A stretch of 64,000 bases of DNA from Lachnospiraceae bacterium (GTDB lineage: Bacteria > Bacillota_I > Bacilli_A > RFN20 > CAG-826): NCBI GenBank assembly GCA_963654425.1, contig CAVKAR010000001.1, positions 64,888-128,887 on the forward strand, read 5' to 3'. Position numbers and translations under genes: made by a program. The notes under the pieces were generated by a model. That model searched no databases. It was not told where the DNA came from and worked only from the letters and a program-made list of their open reading frames with translations. Of the stretch, positions 34,882 through 44,711 are shown piece after piece (position 1 is the first letter of the stretch; each line of letters begins with the position of its first letter).

Positions 34882-36234
34882 GCTTTTGCCCGCGTTAAAT
34901 TAGAAGAGCATCTTACATCGAAGAAGATCTTTTTGGCTGTTATAGCCCCTATCTGCATGGTCGTCTTTACCTCTTTTTACAGCATGGTGGACGGCATCTT
35001 CCTCTCCAATGTCGTTGGGACGAATGCTTTCAGCGGCGTCAATCTCATTTGGCCTTTCTGCATGGTTTTGGGGAGCGTTGGCTTTATGCTTGGCACGGGC
35101 GGGGGCGCCCTTGTCAGCAAATCGCTTGGGGAAAAGAACGAAGCAAAAGCCAACAAGGATTTCTCCCTTGTCGTGTATGCCACAATCGCTTTTGGCTTGC
35201 TTTTGGCCATCGTTGGCTATTTCTCCGTCGAGCCTTTCGTCCGCTTCATGGCGAGTTTATCCTCCTCTGATGCTGAAGAAGCCGTTGATTATGCGATAAG
35301 GTATGGGAGATTGCTCATGCTCGGCGTGCCGATGTATATGCTTCAAAACGTTTTCCAGTCCTTCTTCACGACGGCTGAAAAACCGTTGACTGGCTTTATC
35401 TTCGTTGCGGGTGCGGGGATTTCCAACATTCTTTTGGACGCTTTATTCATCGTTTTGCTTCATATGGAAGTGGAAGGGGCGGCCATTTCCACTTTGGTCG
35501 GCTATTTCATCGGCGGCGTACTCCCTATTTTCTATTTCATCTTCAAGAAGGATATCCATATCCATTTGGGGAAAACTAAAATCAACTGGCTGACCTTAGG
35601 CAAGGCTTCCTCGAATGGCTCAAGCGAATTCGTCTCAAATATCGCCTCAAGCGTCGTTTCGATGTGCTATAACGCTCAGCTTCTGATTTACGCTGGCCCA
35701 AAAGGTGTTTCGGCTTACGGTATCATCATGTATGTCTCTTTTGCCTTTATGGCCGTTTTTATGGGCTACTCTTTGGGACTTGCCCCCTTCATTGGTTATC
35801 AATATGGCGCCCAAAACCACGATGAGCTTCAAAATATCCTCAAGAAGTCGCTTATCGCCATCGGCATTATGGGCCTTTGCATGTTTGCTTTATCGGAAGG
35901 CGTTGGCCCTTATTTCTGCAAAGCCTTCGCTAGACACGATGATGAGTTATTGGCTTTAGCGACCCGCTCCATCCACATCTATTCCTTTGTCTTCTTGACC
36001 GCTGGCTTTTCGATTTTCGGCTCAAGCTTCTTCACCTCTCTCAATAACGGTTTGGTCTCCGCCATCATCTCACTCGTGCGCACTTTCGTTTTCGAGCTGG
36101 CCTGCATTTTCCTTTTCCCGCCCCTTCTTGGGCTTGATGGGATTTGGGCGGCTGGGCCTTTCGCCGAGATAGGCTCGACCGCGATGACGGTATTCTTCTT
36201 CATCAAAGAGCGGAAGAGATACCATTATTGGTGA
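34879..36234 (+). CDS. MATE-family efflux transporter
   Basis: 451 aa with 12 predicted hydrophobic segments. The N-terminal IAPICMVVFTSFYSMVDGIFLSNVVGTNAFSGVNLIWP pattern is typical of MATE/DinF-like proteins. Confidence 0.8.
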   Translation: MAFARVKLEEHLTSKKIFLAVIAPICMVVFTSFYSMVDGIFLSNVVGTNAFSGVNLIWPFCMVLGSVGFMLGTGGGALVSKSLGEKNEAKANKDFSLVVYATIAFGLLLAIVGYFSVEPFVRFMASLSSSDAEEAVDYAIRYGRLLMLGVPMYMLQNVFQSFFTTAEKPLTGFIFVAGAGISNILLDALFIVLLHMEVEGAAISTLVGYFIGGVLPIFYFIFKKDIHIHLGKTKINWLTLGKASSNGSSEFVSNIASSVVSMCYNAQLLIYAGPKGVSAYGIIMYVSFAFMAVFMGYSLGLAPFIGYQYGAQNHDELQNILKKSLIAIGIMGLCMFALSEGVGPYFCKAFARHDDELLALATRSIHIYSFVFLTAGFSIFGSSFFTSLNNGLVSAIISLVRTFVFELACIFLFPPLLGLDGIWAAGPFAEIGSTAMTVFFFIKERKRYHYW

Positions 36235-36326
36235 TTCTTTCCCTTTTCAGCGATTTTGGTTATCGGTGTTTTAAGCCTTGAGAAGTAGTACAATAGCGGC
36301 ACTTCATTTCCTAAGGAGTTAAACAG

Positions 36327-37193
36327 ATGAAAGGTATTATTCTTGGGGGCGGAAACGGTTCACGCCTATACCCGCTTACCTTATCCACGAACAAATTATT
36401 GATTCCGCTTTATGACAAACCGATGGTCTATTACCCTCTTGCCACCCTTATGCAGGCTGGTATCAAGGAGGTGATGATCATTTCGAATAACCGCGACCTC
36501 GATCGCTTCAAAATGGTTTTCGGCGATGGATCGAGACTCGGCATGAACATCACCTATGGCGTCCAAGAGGTACCAACCGGCATCGTCAGCGCTTTTCTCA
36601 TTGGCGAGGATTTCATCAAAGACGAGGAATGCGCGCTTATCCTGGGTGATAATCTTTTCTATGGGCCAGGCATGGAAAAAGGCTTAATGGAGGCTAGTGA
36701 GCTTGCGAAAAAAGGCGAAGCCACTTTATTCGGCTACAAGGTGAATGACCCCGAGAGATTCGGGGTTGTGGAATTGGACAAAGAGAACAGGGCTATCTCA
36801 ATCGAAGAGAAACCGAAGAACCCAAAATCGAACATTGCCGTCACAGGGCTTTATTTCTATCCGAACGATGTCGTGAGCAAAGCGAAAGAAGTGAAACCAA
36901 GCTGGCGCGGCGAATACGAAATCACCGATTTGAACAACCTATACCTTCAAGAGAACAGAGTGAGAGTAGTCACTCTTGAAGGCAAAGACGAGTGGTTTGA
37001 CGCCGGCACCTTCTCTTCGCTTCTTGAGGCTAGCGAGCGCATCAAAAAAGCGGAAGATGATGGGCTTCCGGTTGCCTATATTGAGCAAATAGCCTATGAA
37101 AAAGGATGGATCAACAAAGAGCAGCTTGAAGAAGCCGGCGAATCCATGAAGAAGAATTCGTATGGCGAGTATTTGCTCTCGCTTCTTAGATAA
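36327..37193 (+). CDS. rfbA: glucose-1-phosphate thymidylyltransferase
   Basis: MKGIILGGGNGSRLYPLTLSTNKLLIPLYDKPMVYYPL..., VNDPERFGVVELD, EEKPKNPKSNIAVTGLYFY and EITDLN are collinear with RmlA. No rfbB, rfbC or rfbD is present in the window. Confidence 0.88.
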   Translation: MKGIILGGGNGSRLYPLTLSTNKLLIPLYDKPMVYYPLATLMQAGIKEVMIISNNRDLDRFKMVFGDGSRLGMNITYGVQEVPTGIVSAFLIGEDFIKDEECALILGDNLFYGPGMEKGLMEASELAKKGEATLFGYKVNDPERFGVVELDKENRAISIEEKPKNPKSNIAVTGLYFYPNDVVSKAKEVKPSWRGEYEITDLNNLYLQENRVRVVTLEGKDEWFDAGTFSSLLEASERIKKAEDDGLPVAYIEQIAYEKGWINKEQLEEAGESMKKNSYGEYLLSLLR

Positions 37194-37196
37194 AAA

Positions 37197-37625
37197 ATGG
37201 AAAAGAACATCCTCGCGCTTGATTTGGGGAAGGGGTCCCTTGGAATGGCTATCTCTCGGAGCGGGATGCTTTCAACGCCCTTAGAGAACCTGCGTTTTAA
37301 GGCGACCGAATACGAAGAAGCCATCAAAGGCATCAAACGCGTATTGGAAAGAGAGAAAGTAGAGCATTTCGTGATCGGCTATCCTCTGTTTCCGAGCGGA
37401 GACCCTTGCGAGATGACGCCGATCGTGGAATCTTTTATCACGCGCTTGAACGCGGAATTCCCTGCGATACCCGTAAGCAAAGTCGATGAGCGCAATAGCA
37501 CGGTGGAAGCCGCGGCGATGTTCCATAGCTCTGGCGAAAGCAGCAAAAAGCAAAAGCACCATATCGATTCGGGGGCGGCCATGATTATCTTGGAACGCTA
37601 CTTGACGAGCATCGGGCAGATGTAA
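37197..37625 (+). CDS. ruvX: Holliday junction resolvase-like nuclease RuvX (YqgF)
   Basis: 142 aa. ILALDLGKGSLGMAIS..., FVIGYPL and DERNSTVEA are typical YqgF motifs. Confidence 0.85.
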   Translation: MEKNILALDLGKGSLGMAISRSGMLSTPLENLRFKATEYEEAIKGIKRVLEREKVEHFVIGYPLFPSGDPCEMTPIVESFITRLNAEFPAIPVSKVDERNSTVEAAAMFHSSGESSKKQKHHIDSGAAMIILERYLTSIGQM

Positions 37626-37630
37626 CAACG

Positions 37631-38302
37631 ATGGAACAGGCGAAAATCAACTATTACAAGATATCGCTCAAGACGATGGAGAATATAAAAGAAGGCGAAA
37701 GGCCTGCCCTTTTGCTCCATTCTTGCTGCGGGCCTTGCGCTTGCTGGCCTCTTCTTTTCCTTTCGAAGAAATTCAATGTGACGATCTTTTTCAATAACAG
37801 CAACATTTATCCTTCTAGCGAATATTATCGTCGGCTGGAGGAGCTGAAGAAGCTTCTTTTCTTTATTGAGAGAGACTATGACTACAAAATCGGGCTCGTC
37901 GTGACCCCGTATGAGAATGACGAATACAACAAAGACCTAGCCCCCTGCAAAGACGATCCTGAAGGCGGAAGAAGATGCAGACTATGCTACGAGAAACGCA
38001 TGAAAGAAGCTTATGATTACGCCGAAGAAAACGGGTTCCCTTATTTTTGCACGGTCATGAGCATCTCCAGGCAAAAAGACAGCCAAGTCATGAATGAAAT
38101 CGGGAAAAAGCTCGAGTTAGAGCACCACAAAACCAAATATTTCTATAGCGATTTCAAAAAAGCCAACGGCATCCTTTTGGGCAAGGAATTGCGCCTGAAG
38201 TATGGACTATATAACCAAAATTACTGCGGCTGCGTCTATAGTTACAAGAAGCGACTAGCTTATGATAAACAGAAAGCAATAGAAGAAGCGAAAAACAAAT
38301 AA
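37631..38302 (+). CDS. queH: epoxyqueuosine reductase QueH (DUF208)
   Basis: LLHSCCGPCACWPL and RCRLCYEKRMKEA...NYCGCVYS form the QueH cysteine pattern. Confidence 0.85.
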   Translation: MEQAKINYYKISLKTMENIKEGERPALLLHSCCGPCACWPLLFLSKKFNVTIFFNNSNIYPSSEYYRRLEELKKLLFFIERDYDYKIGLVVTPYENDEYNKDLAPCKDDPEGGRRCRLCYEKRMKEAYDYAEENGFPYFCTVMSISRQKDSQVMNEIGKKLELEHHKTKYFYSDFKKANGILLGKELRLKYGLYNQNYCGCVYSYKKRLAYDKQKAIEEAKNK

Positions 38303-38447
38303 CCTCGCAAAAACGCCGTTAAATTTTAGAAATCGCTATTTCAAGATAAACCTGGGATATTAACAAATGGCTTGTTTTCGGCTTTGCTCTTCTTATTGAA
38401 GGCAAGAGGGGGAGTAGAAAGGTATACTTATAGTGGAGGTATTCTCG

Positions 38448-40826
38448 ATGAGAAACGAAAATACGATCGAAGAAAAAGGGCCGATCACCGATTCCTTGCT
38501 AACGAAGATGGACGCTTATTGGCGGGCCGCCAATTATTTAAGCGCCGCCCAACTTTATTTGCTGGATAACCCGTTATTGAAAAGGCCGCTGCAAAACGAA
38601 GACATCAAAAAGAAAATAGTGGGTCACTGGGGCACGGTCCCGGGGCAAAATTTCGTTTATGTCCACTGCAATAGGGTCATTAAGCGGTACGATCTAGACA
38701 TGATTCTATTGAGCGGGCCGGGACACGGTGGCAACTTCTTGATCGCCAACGATTATCTTGAAGGCACTTATAGCGAGGTTTACCCGAATATCAGCGAAGA
38801 CGAAGCTGGCCTCAAAAAACTATTCAAACAGTTCTCCTTCCCAGGCGGTGTTCCTTCTCACTGCGCCCCTGAAACCCCTGGGTCGATAAATGAAGGCGGG
38901 GAGCTAGGCTATAGCATCGCCCACGCTTTCGGCGCGGTATTCGATAATCCTGGTTTGATCGCCACGGTCGTGGTAGGAGACGGGGAAGCCGAAACCGGGC
39001 CTTTGGCCACTTCTTGGCAAAGCAACAAGTTCCTCAACCCAATCACTGATGGGGCGGTTCTTCCGATTCTCCATCTGAACGGGTATAAAATCGCCAATCC
39101 GACGATTCTTAGCCGCATCCCGCACGAGGAGCTTGAAAGCTATTTGCGCGGCATGGGTTGGAAGCCGTATTTCGTCGAAGGCGACGATCCGAAGAAAATG
39201 CATCGCCTTATGGCTGAGACGATGGATAAAGTCATAGAGAATATCCTCCCCATCCAAAAGCATGCGCGTGAAAGCGGCGACGCGACGCGTCCTATTTGGC
39301 CAATGATCGTTTTGCGCACGCCAAAAGGCTGGACGGGGCCGAAAGTAGTGGACAATAAGCCCGTCGAAGGGTCTTTCCGCGCCCATCAAGTGCCTCTAGC
39401 GATGGATAAGCCTGAGCATTTATCGCAACTTGAAAGCTGGTTGCGCAGCTATCATCCAGAAGAGTTATTCTCTAGCGATGGGAAACTCATTCCCGAACTC
39501 AAAGAGCTCGCCCCGAAAGGCGATTCAAGGATGGGCAGCAACCCTCACGCCAATGGCGGGAAATTGCTCCGCGATTTGAGGATGCCGGATTTCCGCGACT
39601 ATGCCTTCGATATCGGGAAACACGGTTCTAAAGACGGGCAAGATATGACTGAGTTAGGAAAATTCATCCGCGATGTCATCAAACTTAACCAAGATTCGCG
39701 CAACTTCCGCGTGTTTGGGCCAGATGAGACTCTCTCCAATCGCCTCAATTCCGTTTTCGAGGCCACTGACCGCCAGTTTGACGCCACGCGTATCGACACC
39801 GATGAATTCCTCTCTAGCGATGGCCGTGTCATCGATTCAATGCTTTCTGAGCACTTATGCGAGGGGTGGCTAGAAGGATATTTGCTGACCGGACGCCATG
39901 GTTTCTTTGCCTCCTACGAAGCCTTTATCAGGATCATCGATTCGATGGTCGCTCAGCATGCCAAATGGCTCAAGGTCTGCAATCAGCTCCCGTGGCGCGA
40001 GGAAATCGCTTCCCTCAACCTCATTTTGTCGAGCAACGTCTGGCAACAAGACCACAACGGCTTTACGCACCAAGACCCGGGCTTCATGGATCATATCGCC
40101 AATAAGAAAGCCGACGTCGTGCGCCTATATTTGCCACCGGACGCCAATTGCTTATTGTCGACGATGGACCACTGCTTAAAGACGAAGAATTACGTAAACG
40201 TCATCGTCGCGAGCAAGCATCCGCGCCCACAGTGGCTCAGCATGGATGAAGCAATCAGGCATTGCACCGAAGGCGTCTCCATCTGGAACTGGGCGAGCAA
40301 TGATCAGGGCGAGGAGCCGGATGTCGTTATCGCTTGCGCGGGCGAGACCCCGACTTTAGAGGCTCTTGCCGCCACTCAGATCATCAATGAGGAACTGCCG
40401 TTTTTGAAAATCCGCTTCATTAACGTCGTCGACCTCTTCCGCCTGCAGCCTAATAGCCTCCACCCACATGGATTATCCAATGAGCAGTACGATATGCTCT
40501 TCACGAAAGACAAGCCGATTATCTTCAATTTCCATGGCTATCCGACTTTGATCCATGAACTCACTTATAGCAGGAACAACCAGAATATCTCCGTCCATGG
40601 CTATCGCGAGGAAGGGACGATAACCACCCCATTCGATATGCGCGTGCAAAACGAAATCGACCGTTATCACTTGGTGCAGGATATCCTCCTTCACCTGCCT
40701 AGCCTCGGGAATAAAGGGAGTTACCTCTATCAAAAGATGGCTGACAAACTCGTCGAGCATAAGCAATACATTCACAATGTTGGCTTGGATATGCCGGAAA
40801 TCGCTAACTGGAAGTGGAAGAAATAA
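38448..40826 (+). CDS. xfp: xylulose-5-phosphate/fructose-6-phosphate phosphoketolase
   Basis: [41 protein letters not shown] and [13 protein letters not shown] are canonical phosphoketolase motifs. The ATG at 38448 lies 8 nt after GGAGG (38435-38439). Confidence 0.93.
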   Translation: MRNENTIEEKGPITDSLLTKMDAYWRAANYLSAAQLYLLDNPLLKRPLQNEDIKKKIVGHWGTVPGQNFVYVHCNRVIKRYDLDMILLSGPGHGGNFLIANDYLEGTYSEVYPNISEDEAGLKKLFKQFSFPGGVPSHCAPETPGSINEGGELGYSIAHAFGAVFDNPGLIATVVVGDGEAETGPLATSWQSNKFLNPITDGAVLPILHLNGYKIANPTILSRIPHEELESYLRGMGWKPYFVEGDDPKKMHRLMAETMDKVIENILPIQKHARESGDATRPIWPMIVLRTPKGWTGPKVVDNKPVEGSFRAHQVPLAMDKPEHLSQLESWLRSYHPEELFSSDGKLIPELKELAPKGDSRMGSNPHANGGKLLRDLRMPDFRDYAFDIGKHGSKDGQDMTELGKFIRDVIKLNQDSRNFRVFGPDETLSNRLNSVFEATDRQFDATRIDTDEFLSSDGRVIDSMLSEHLCEGWLEGYLLTGRHGFFASYEAFIRIIDSMVAQHAKWLKVCNQLPWREEIASLNLILSSNVWQQDHNGFTHQDPGFMDHIANKKADVVRLYLPPDANCLLSTMDHCLKTKNYVNVIVASKHPRPQWLSMDEAIRHCTEGVSIWNWASNDQGEEPDVVIACAGETPTLEALAATQIINEELPFLKIRFINVVDLFRLQPNSLHPHGLSNEQYDMLFTKDKPIIFNFHGYPTLIHELTYSRNNQNISVHGYREEGTITTPFDMRVQNEIDRYHLVQDILLHLPSLGNKGSYLYQKMADKLVEHKQYIHNVGLDMPEIANWKWKK

Positions 40827-40840
40827 CTGTCTTATCACGC

Positions 40841-40874
40841 AAGAACCACCGAAGGCGCGGTGGTTCTTTTGCGT
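40841..40874 (+). terminator. Rho-independent terminator after xfp
   Basis: AAGAACCACCG (40841-40851) pairs with CGGTGGTTCTT (40858-40868), followed by TTTGCGTTTT. Confidence 0.8.
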
Positions 40875-40892
40875 TTTGCCCCAAGGGTGAAG

Positions 40893-40942
40893 AATGACCA
40901 AAAGTTGATATGAATGACCAAAACATATGATAAATGACCAAA
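40893..40942. repeat. three direct AATGACCAAA repeats with exact 20-bp phasing (putative operator/iteron-like sites)
   Basis: The copies lie at 40893-40902, 40913-40922 and 40933-40942. They are immediately upstream of the SD (GGGAGG 40961-40966) and the ATG at 40976. Confidence 0.9.
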
Positions 40943-40975
40943 GGTTTGTTAAAATGTTCTGGGAGGCAGATAAAG

Positions 40976-42010
40976 ATGAGCAATCCATTCAATCCCACGT
41001 TCGGTGAACTCCCGAAGTCACAGCTTTCCCGCGAAAAAGATTTTGAAACGATAAAGAAAGCTTTTGGTGATCCTAACCCCGAATCGAAGATATATATAAT
41101 TTCCGGACCTAGAGGGAGCGGCAAAACCGTTCTCCTTACAGCCTTGAGCAAATCCTTCGAGAAAGAAGGCTATATCATTGCGGATTTGAATCACCTGTTT
41201 GGCGATTTGCATGAACAGTTCGCCGCGCAGCTTTACGAAAAAGGGAAACTTAAAAAACTCTTTCTTCAGCCAGAATTCCCCTTTTCTTTCAAAGGGATCG
41301 GCTTCTCGATAAAAGGGGATGAGGAAATTTCGAACGTATCAACTTTGCTTGATACGATGCTTAGCTATTTAACCAAAAAAGGCAAAAGGGTTTTGATCCT
41401 TATCGATGATGTATCCTCAAATGACAATCTGCGGGCTTTTGTTTACAGCTATCAGCAGCTCATTCGTAGAGGATACGACGTGTTTTTCCTCATGAGCGGT
41501 CTTTACGAAAACGTGTCTGAGCTAGAAAGGCATAAAAGCCTGTCCTTTTTGTTGCGCGCGCCTAAATTGATTTTGGGGCCATTGAGTCTATACGACATCG
41601 TTTTTTCCTATAAAAACATCCTCAATCTCAATGACGAAGATGCGATAAAATTCGCTAAAATGACGAAGGGATATGCTTATGGGTATCAGCTTGTTGGCTC
41701 CTTGGTGTACAAAAACGGGAAGGAAGCCGACATACTCGAGGAATATGACAACAAATTGATCAAAAACTCCTATCTATTGACTTGGGAAAGCTTGACGGCC
41801 AGGGAGAAGCAATTTCTTTCTTCGCTTACAAAAAGCTCATCCCAAAAAGAGATATGCGAATTGCTGAAAATGAGCAACGGCAATCTTCAAACATACAAAA
41901 GGCGGCTTATCGATAAAGGAATAATCGTCGCAAAGGGAAGAGGGGAAATCGACTTTGCCCTTCCGCGTTTCAAAGAGTTCGTCCAATTCGAGAACAAATT
42001 AGGCGATTAA
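40976..42010 (+). CDS. AAA/STAND-like ATPase (Orc1/Arch_ATPase-like) with C-terminal HTH
   Basis: Walker A is GPRGSGKT and Walker B is VLILIDDV. The C-terminal HTH reads LTAREKQFLSSLTKSSSQKEICELLKMSNGNLQTYKRRLIDKGII. The ATG at 40976 (MSNPFNP) has a good SD. Confidence 0.75.
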   Translation: MSNPFNPTFGELPKSQLSREKDFETIKKAFGDPNPESKIYIISGPRGSGKTVLLTALSKSFEKEGYIIADLNHLFGDLHEQFAAQLYEKGKLKKLFLQPEFPFSFKGIGFSIKGDEEISNVSTLLDTMLSYLTKKGKRVLILIDDVSSNDNLRAFVYSYQQLIRRGYDVFFLMSGLYENVSELERHKSLSFLLRAPKLILGPLSLYDIVFSYKNILNLNDEDAIKFAKMTKGYAYGYQLVGSLVYKNGKEADILEEYDNKLIKNSYLLTWESLTAREKQFLSSLTKSSSQKEICELLKMSNGNLQTYKRRLIDKGIIVAKGRGEIDFALPRFKEFVQFENKLGD

Positions 42011-42025
42011 AAGTCTCCGCTTTTA

Positions 42026-42058
42026 TAATCGACAAAAATATAGAATTCTATAAAAAAG
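42026..42058. repeat. copy 1 of a perfect 33-bp direct repeat containing the palindrome TATAGAATTCTATA
   Basis: The sequence is TAATCGACAAAAATATAGAATTCTATAAAAAAG. The palindrome lies at 42039-42052. Confidence 0.95.
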
Positions 42059-42065
42059 TAGATTA

Positions 42066-42095
42066 TTGAACAAAAGGGAGCCATCGCGTTAGAAT
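42066..42095 (+). promoter_or_regulatory. putative sigma-70-type promoter of the DUF4143 ATPase gene
   Basis: TTGAAC (42066-42071), an 18-nt spacer, then TAGAAT (42090-42095). It sits between the two 33-bp repeats. Confidence 0.5.
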
Positions 42096-42096
42096 G

Positions 42097-42129
42097 TAAT
42101 CGACAAAAATATAGAATTCTATAAAAAAG
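42097..42129. repeat. copy 2 of the perfect 33-bp direct repeat (palindrome 42110-42123)
   Basis: It is identical to 42026-42058 and lies 71 bp downstream of it. It ends in the SD (AAGGAG) of the following gene. Confidence 0.95.
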
Positions 42130-42137
42130 GAGATTAG

Positions 42138-43445
42138 ATGATTAAGCGAGATTATTATTTGAACAAGCTAATCAAAGCAAAGCAAAACGGTTATCCAAAA
42201 GTGATAACCGGAATAAGGCGTTGCGGAAAATCTTATCTGCTCAAAAACGTTTATCGCGATTATTTGATCTCCCACGGGGTAAAAGATGAGCAAATCATCG
42301 TTCTTGATTTAGACGATGCCGGAAACAGCCGATATTGCACCCCTTTAGCGTTATACGATTATCTTAAAGAAAAGACCAAGGATAAGAATGTCTTTTATTA
42401 TGTTTTCGTCGACGAAATCCAAATGGTTGCCAAAATAATCAATCCCGCTTTCACCGAAGGTAAAATAGTCCCAGCCAAAGAGGGAGACGAAAACGTTATT
42501 TCTTTCGTCGAGACGGTGTTAGGCATTTCCAGATTGGATAATGTGGATTTATATGTGACCGGAAGCAATTCAAAGATGCTATCGAAAGATGTGGTTACCC
42601 AGTTCCGCGACAAAGCAACCAATATTTATTTGCACCCCCTTTCATTCAAAGAATATTATGAATATGCAGGAGGGGACAAATATGCGGCTTTCGACCAATA
42701 TGGGCGATACGGCGGCATGCCCGCTGCCGTTTTAAAGGAAACCGATTACGAAAAGGAAGAGTACCTAAAGGGTCTATTTGATACTACCTATATCAGAGAC
42801 ATCATCGAGCATAATCATTTCAGAAAAAGCGAAGCCTTGGATGAAATATGCAATATTATCAGTTTTTACGACGGCACCCTCTTAAACACGCAAAGAATAT
42901 CCAATATTTTCGAAAGCCGGAAGCATGAGAGAATCTGCAAAGAGAGCGTCGAGGCCTATTTGGACGCTTTTGAAGACGCTTATTTGATCAGCCAAGCCGA
43001 GCGCTACGACGTAAAGGGAGGCAATTCGATCGGGGCCACGAGAAAATATTATTTCACCGATGTTGGATTAAGGAACGCAAGAGTCGGCTTTTCTTCCTTA
43101 GACAAGGGGCAACTCCTTGAAAACATCGTTTATAACGAATTGATCTACAGGGGTTACAACGTAAAGGTCGGTTCCTTTAATCAGGTTGAGAAAGACAAAA
43201 GCGGCAAAAGCGTCCTAAAGACATACGAAATCGACTTTCTGGCTTCGAAAGGCATCGATTATTTCTATTTGCAAGTCGCCGACAACGTCGATTACCACTC
43301 TACCCAAGAAAGAGAAATCGCCCCATTTAAATTCATCAGCGACTCCTATAGAAAAATCGTGTTGGTAAATACCCCGACGCCCCCAATGAGACTTGAAAAA
43401 GGAATCGTTGCCTTTAATGCGGTGGATTTTCTGCTCAATTTGTAA
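42138..43445 (+). CDS. AAA_14 + DUF4143 family ATPase
   Basis: MIKRDYYLNKLIKAKQNGYPKVITGIRRCGKSYLL carries the Walker A. Walker B is FVDEIQ. The C-terminal part (YEIDFL...) matches the typical DUF4143 restriction-endonuclease-like tail. Confidence 0.78.
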   Translation: MIKRDYYLNKLIKAKQNGYPKVITGIRRCGKSYLLKNVYRDYLISHGVKDEQIIVLDLDDAGNSRYCTPLALYDYLKEKTKDKNVFYYVFVDEIQMVAKIINPAFTEGKIVPAKEGDENVISFVETVLGISRLDNVDLYVTGSNSKMLSKDVVTQFRDKATNIYLHPLSFKEYYEYAGGDKYAAFDQYGRYGGMPAAVLKETDYEKEEYLKGLFDTTYIRDIIEHNHFRKSEALDEICNIISFYDGTLLNTQRISNIFESRKHERICKESVEAYLDAFEDAYLISQAERYDVKGGNSIGATRKYYFTDVGLRNARVGFSSLDKGQLLENIVYNELIYRGYNVKVGSFNQVEKDKSGKSVLKTYEIDFLASKGIDYFYLQVADNVDYHSTQEREIAPFKFISDSYRKIVLVNTPTPPMRLEKGIVAFNAVDFLLNL

Positions 43446-43675
43446 AATAAATATTCCCTTTGACAAGAAGGATTTTAGATTTGACCAGGAAATTGTATTT
43501 GACGTTCTGAGCGCGGAAACGGTACGGATTCGCCAATTTCCAGAGGATCATGGATTGCCGCCTATCAAACACATTGAGTGTGGTTTTTGGCCGTTTTTCG
43601 TGATTTATAAATAATCCATATGGGAGCCAGCATAATGAGCATGTTTTTCTAAAATCTCAGCAAAAAGCGCGCGAA

Positions 43676-44566
43676 TTAAATGATTTTCAAAACATCATCC
43701 AAACGAGGAATCGAAGCAAAAGCCCCTTTCTTTTGGACGCTCAAGCTTGCGGCGGCGCTCGCTATAAGAAGCGCTTTTTCTTCGCTATAGCCGCTTGCTA
43801 AACAGGCAACGTAATATCCAGCGTAAGTATCGCCAGCCCCAACTGTGTCAACGACATCAGCTTTGAATGACTGGGTTTCGATCATGCTGTCCTTCTTGAA
43901 TAACGTCGATCCTTTTTTGCCTCGAGTCATCAAAACGTTTTTGGCGCCATAAGACAATAGAGCCTTCGCGGCTTCCGTTGGCTCCTCAAGGCCAGATAAG
44001 GCGCATGCCTCCATCTCATTGACCAAAAGCGTATCGATGTAGCGATAAAGCTCTTTAGGGATATCCCCCAAAGGCGAAGGGTTATAGAAGATGCGCTTGC
44101 TTTCGCCGTAGTTCCTCAAAATCCATTCATTGGAAGAAAAAGGCATTTCGTTCTGCATCAAAACGAAAGAGGACTTCTCGAACAAATCATCGTGCCCGGA
44201 AAGGAAATCGACGTCTAGAAGAGCGTTTGCCCCCGAGTCGACGATAACCTCGTTCTCGCCGTCACTCTCGTTGAGGATTATGGCTTTTCCGGTTGAGCGG
44301 AAACAAGCCTCTTTGAAATAAAGGCTCATGTATTCTTTTCGCAAGGCTTCTTCTATTTTTCTCCCGTCTTCATCGTCGCCGACCGACGTTATGAAGGCGA
44401 CATCCCCTTGCGCTCTTGCACTTGCGACGGCTTGATTGAGCCCTTTTCCGCCAAGGGAAGAAACGGATGGTGAGACGGTATGTGCGCTTTCCCCTCCTTT
44501 AGGCAAAGAGGAAAGATAGTAATTGACGTCAATGTTGCTTGCTCCGACGACCAAGATCTTATCCAT
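43676..44566 (-). CDS. rbsK: ribokinase (PfkB family)
   Basis: MDKILVVGASNIDV, GGKGLNQAVA and DTVGAGDTYAGY are ribokinase motifs. ATG 44566 is preferred over the ORF-track start at 44602. Confidence 0.82.
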   Translation of the reverse strand: MDKILVVGASNIDVNYYLSSLPKGGESAHTVSPSVSSLGGKGLNQAVASARAQGDVAFITSVGDDEDGRKIEEALRKEYMSLYFKEACFRSTGKAIILNESDGENEVIVDSGANALLDVDFLSGHDDLFEKSSFVLMQNEMPFSSNEWILRNYGESKRIFYNPSPLGDIPKELYRYIDTLLVNEMEACALSGLEEPTEAAKALLSYGAKNVLMTRGKKGSTLFKKDSMIETQSFKADVVDTVGAGDTYAGYYVACLASGYSEEKALLIASAAASLSVQKKGAFASIPRLDDVLKII

Positions 44567-44711
44567 GCCTTTAATTATGCGTGTGCGTCGATCAATAGTC
44601 ATCCGAGTTTCTTTTTTTCATGAGCCTTTCGCTTAATTCGGAAGCGCATTTTGCAGATGATTCCGCTGAAAGCCGTTTCATGGCTTTTTATAGTGGGAAA
44701 ATAATTAAACT

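Noticed and set aside
43446-43675. The 230-bp convergent intergenic region contains a 73-aa ORF (43393-43614) and an imperfect inverted repeat (CAGGAAATTG...CAATTTCCAG).
   Set aside because: The ORF overlaps the 3' end of the DUF4143 gene and lacks an SD. The inverted repeat is 9/10 with a 36-nt loop and no T-tract. This is not enough to call a gene, terminator or RNA.
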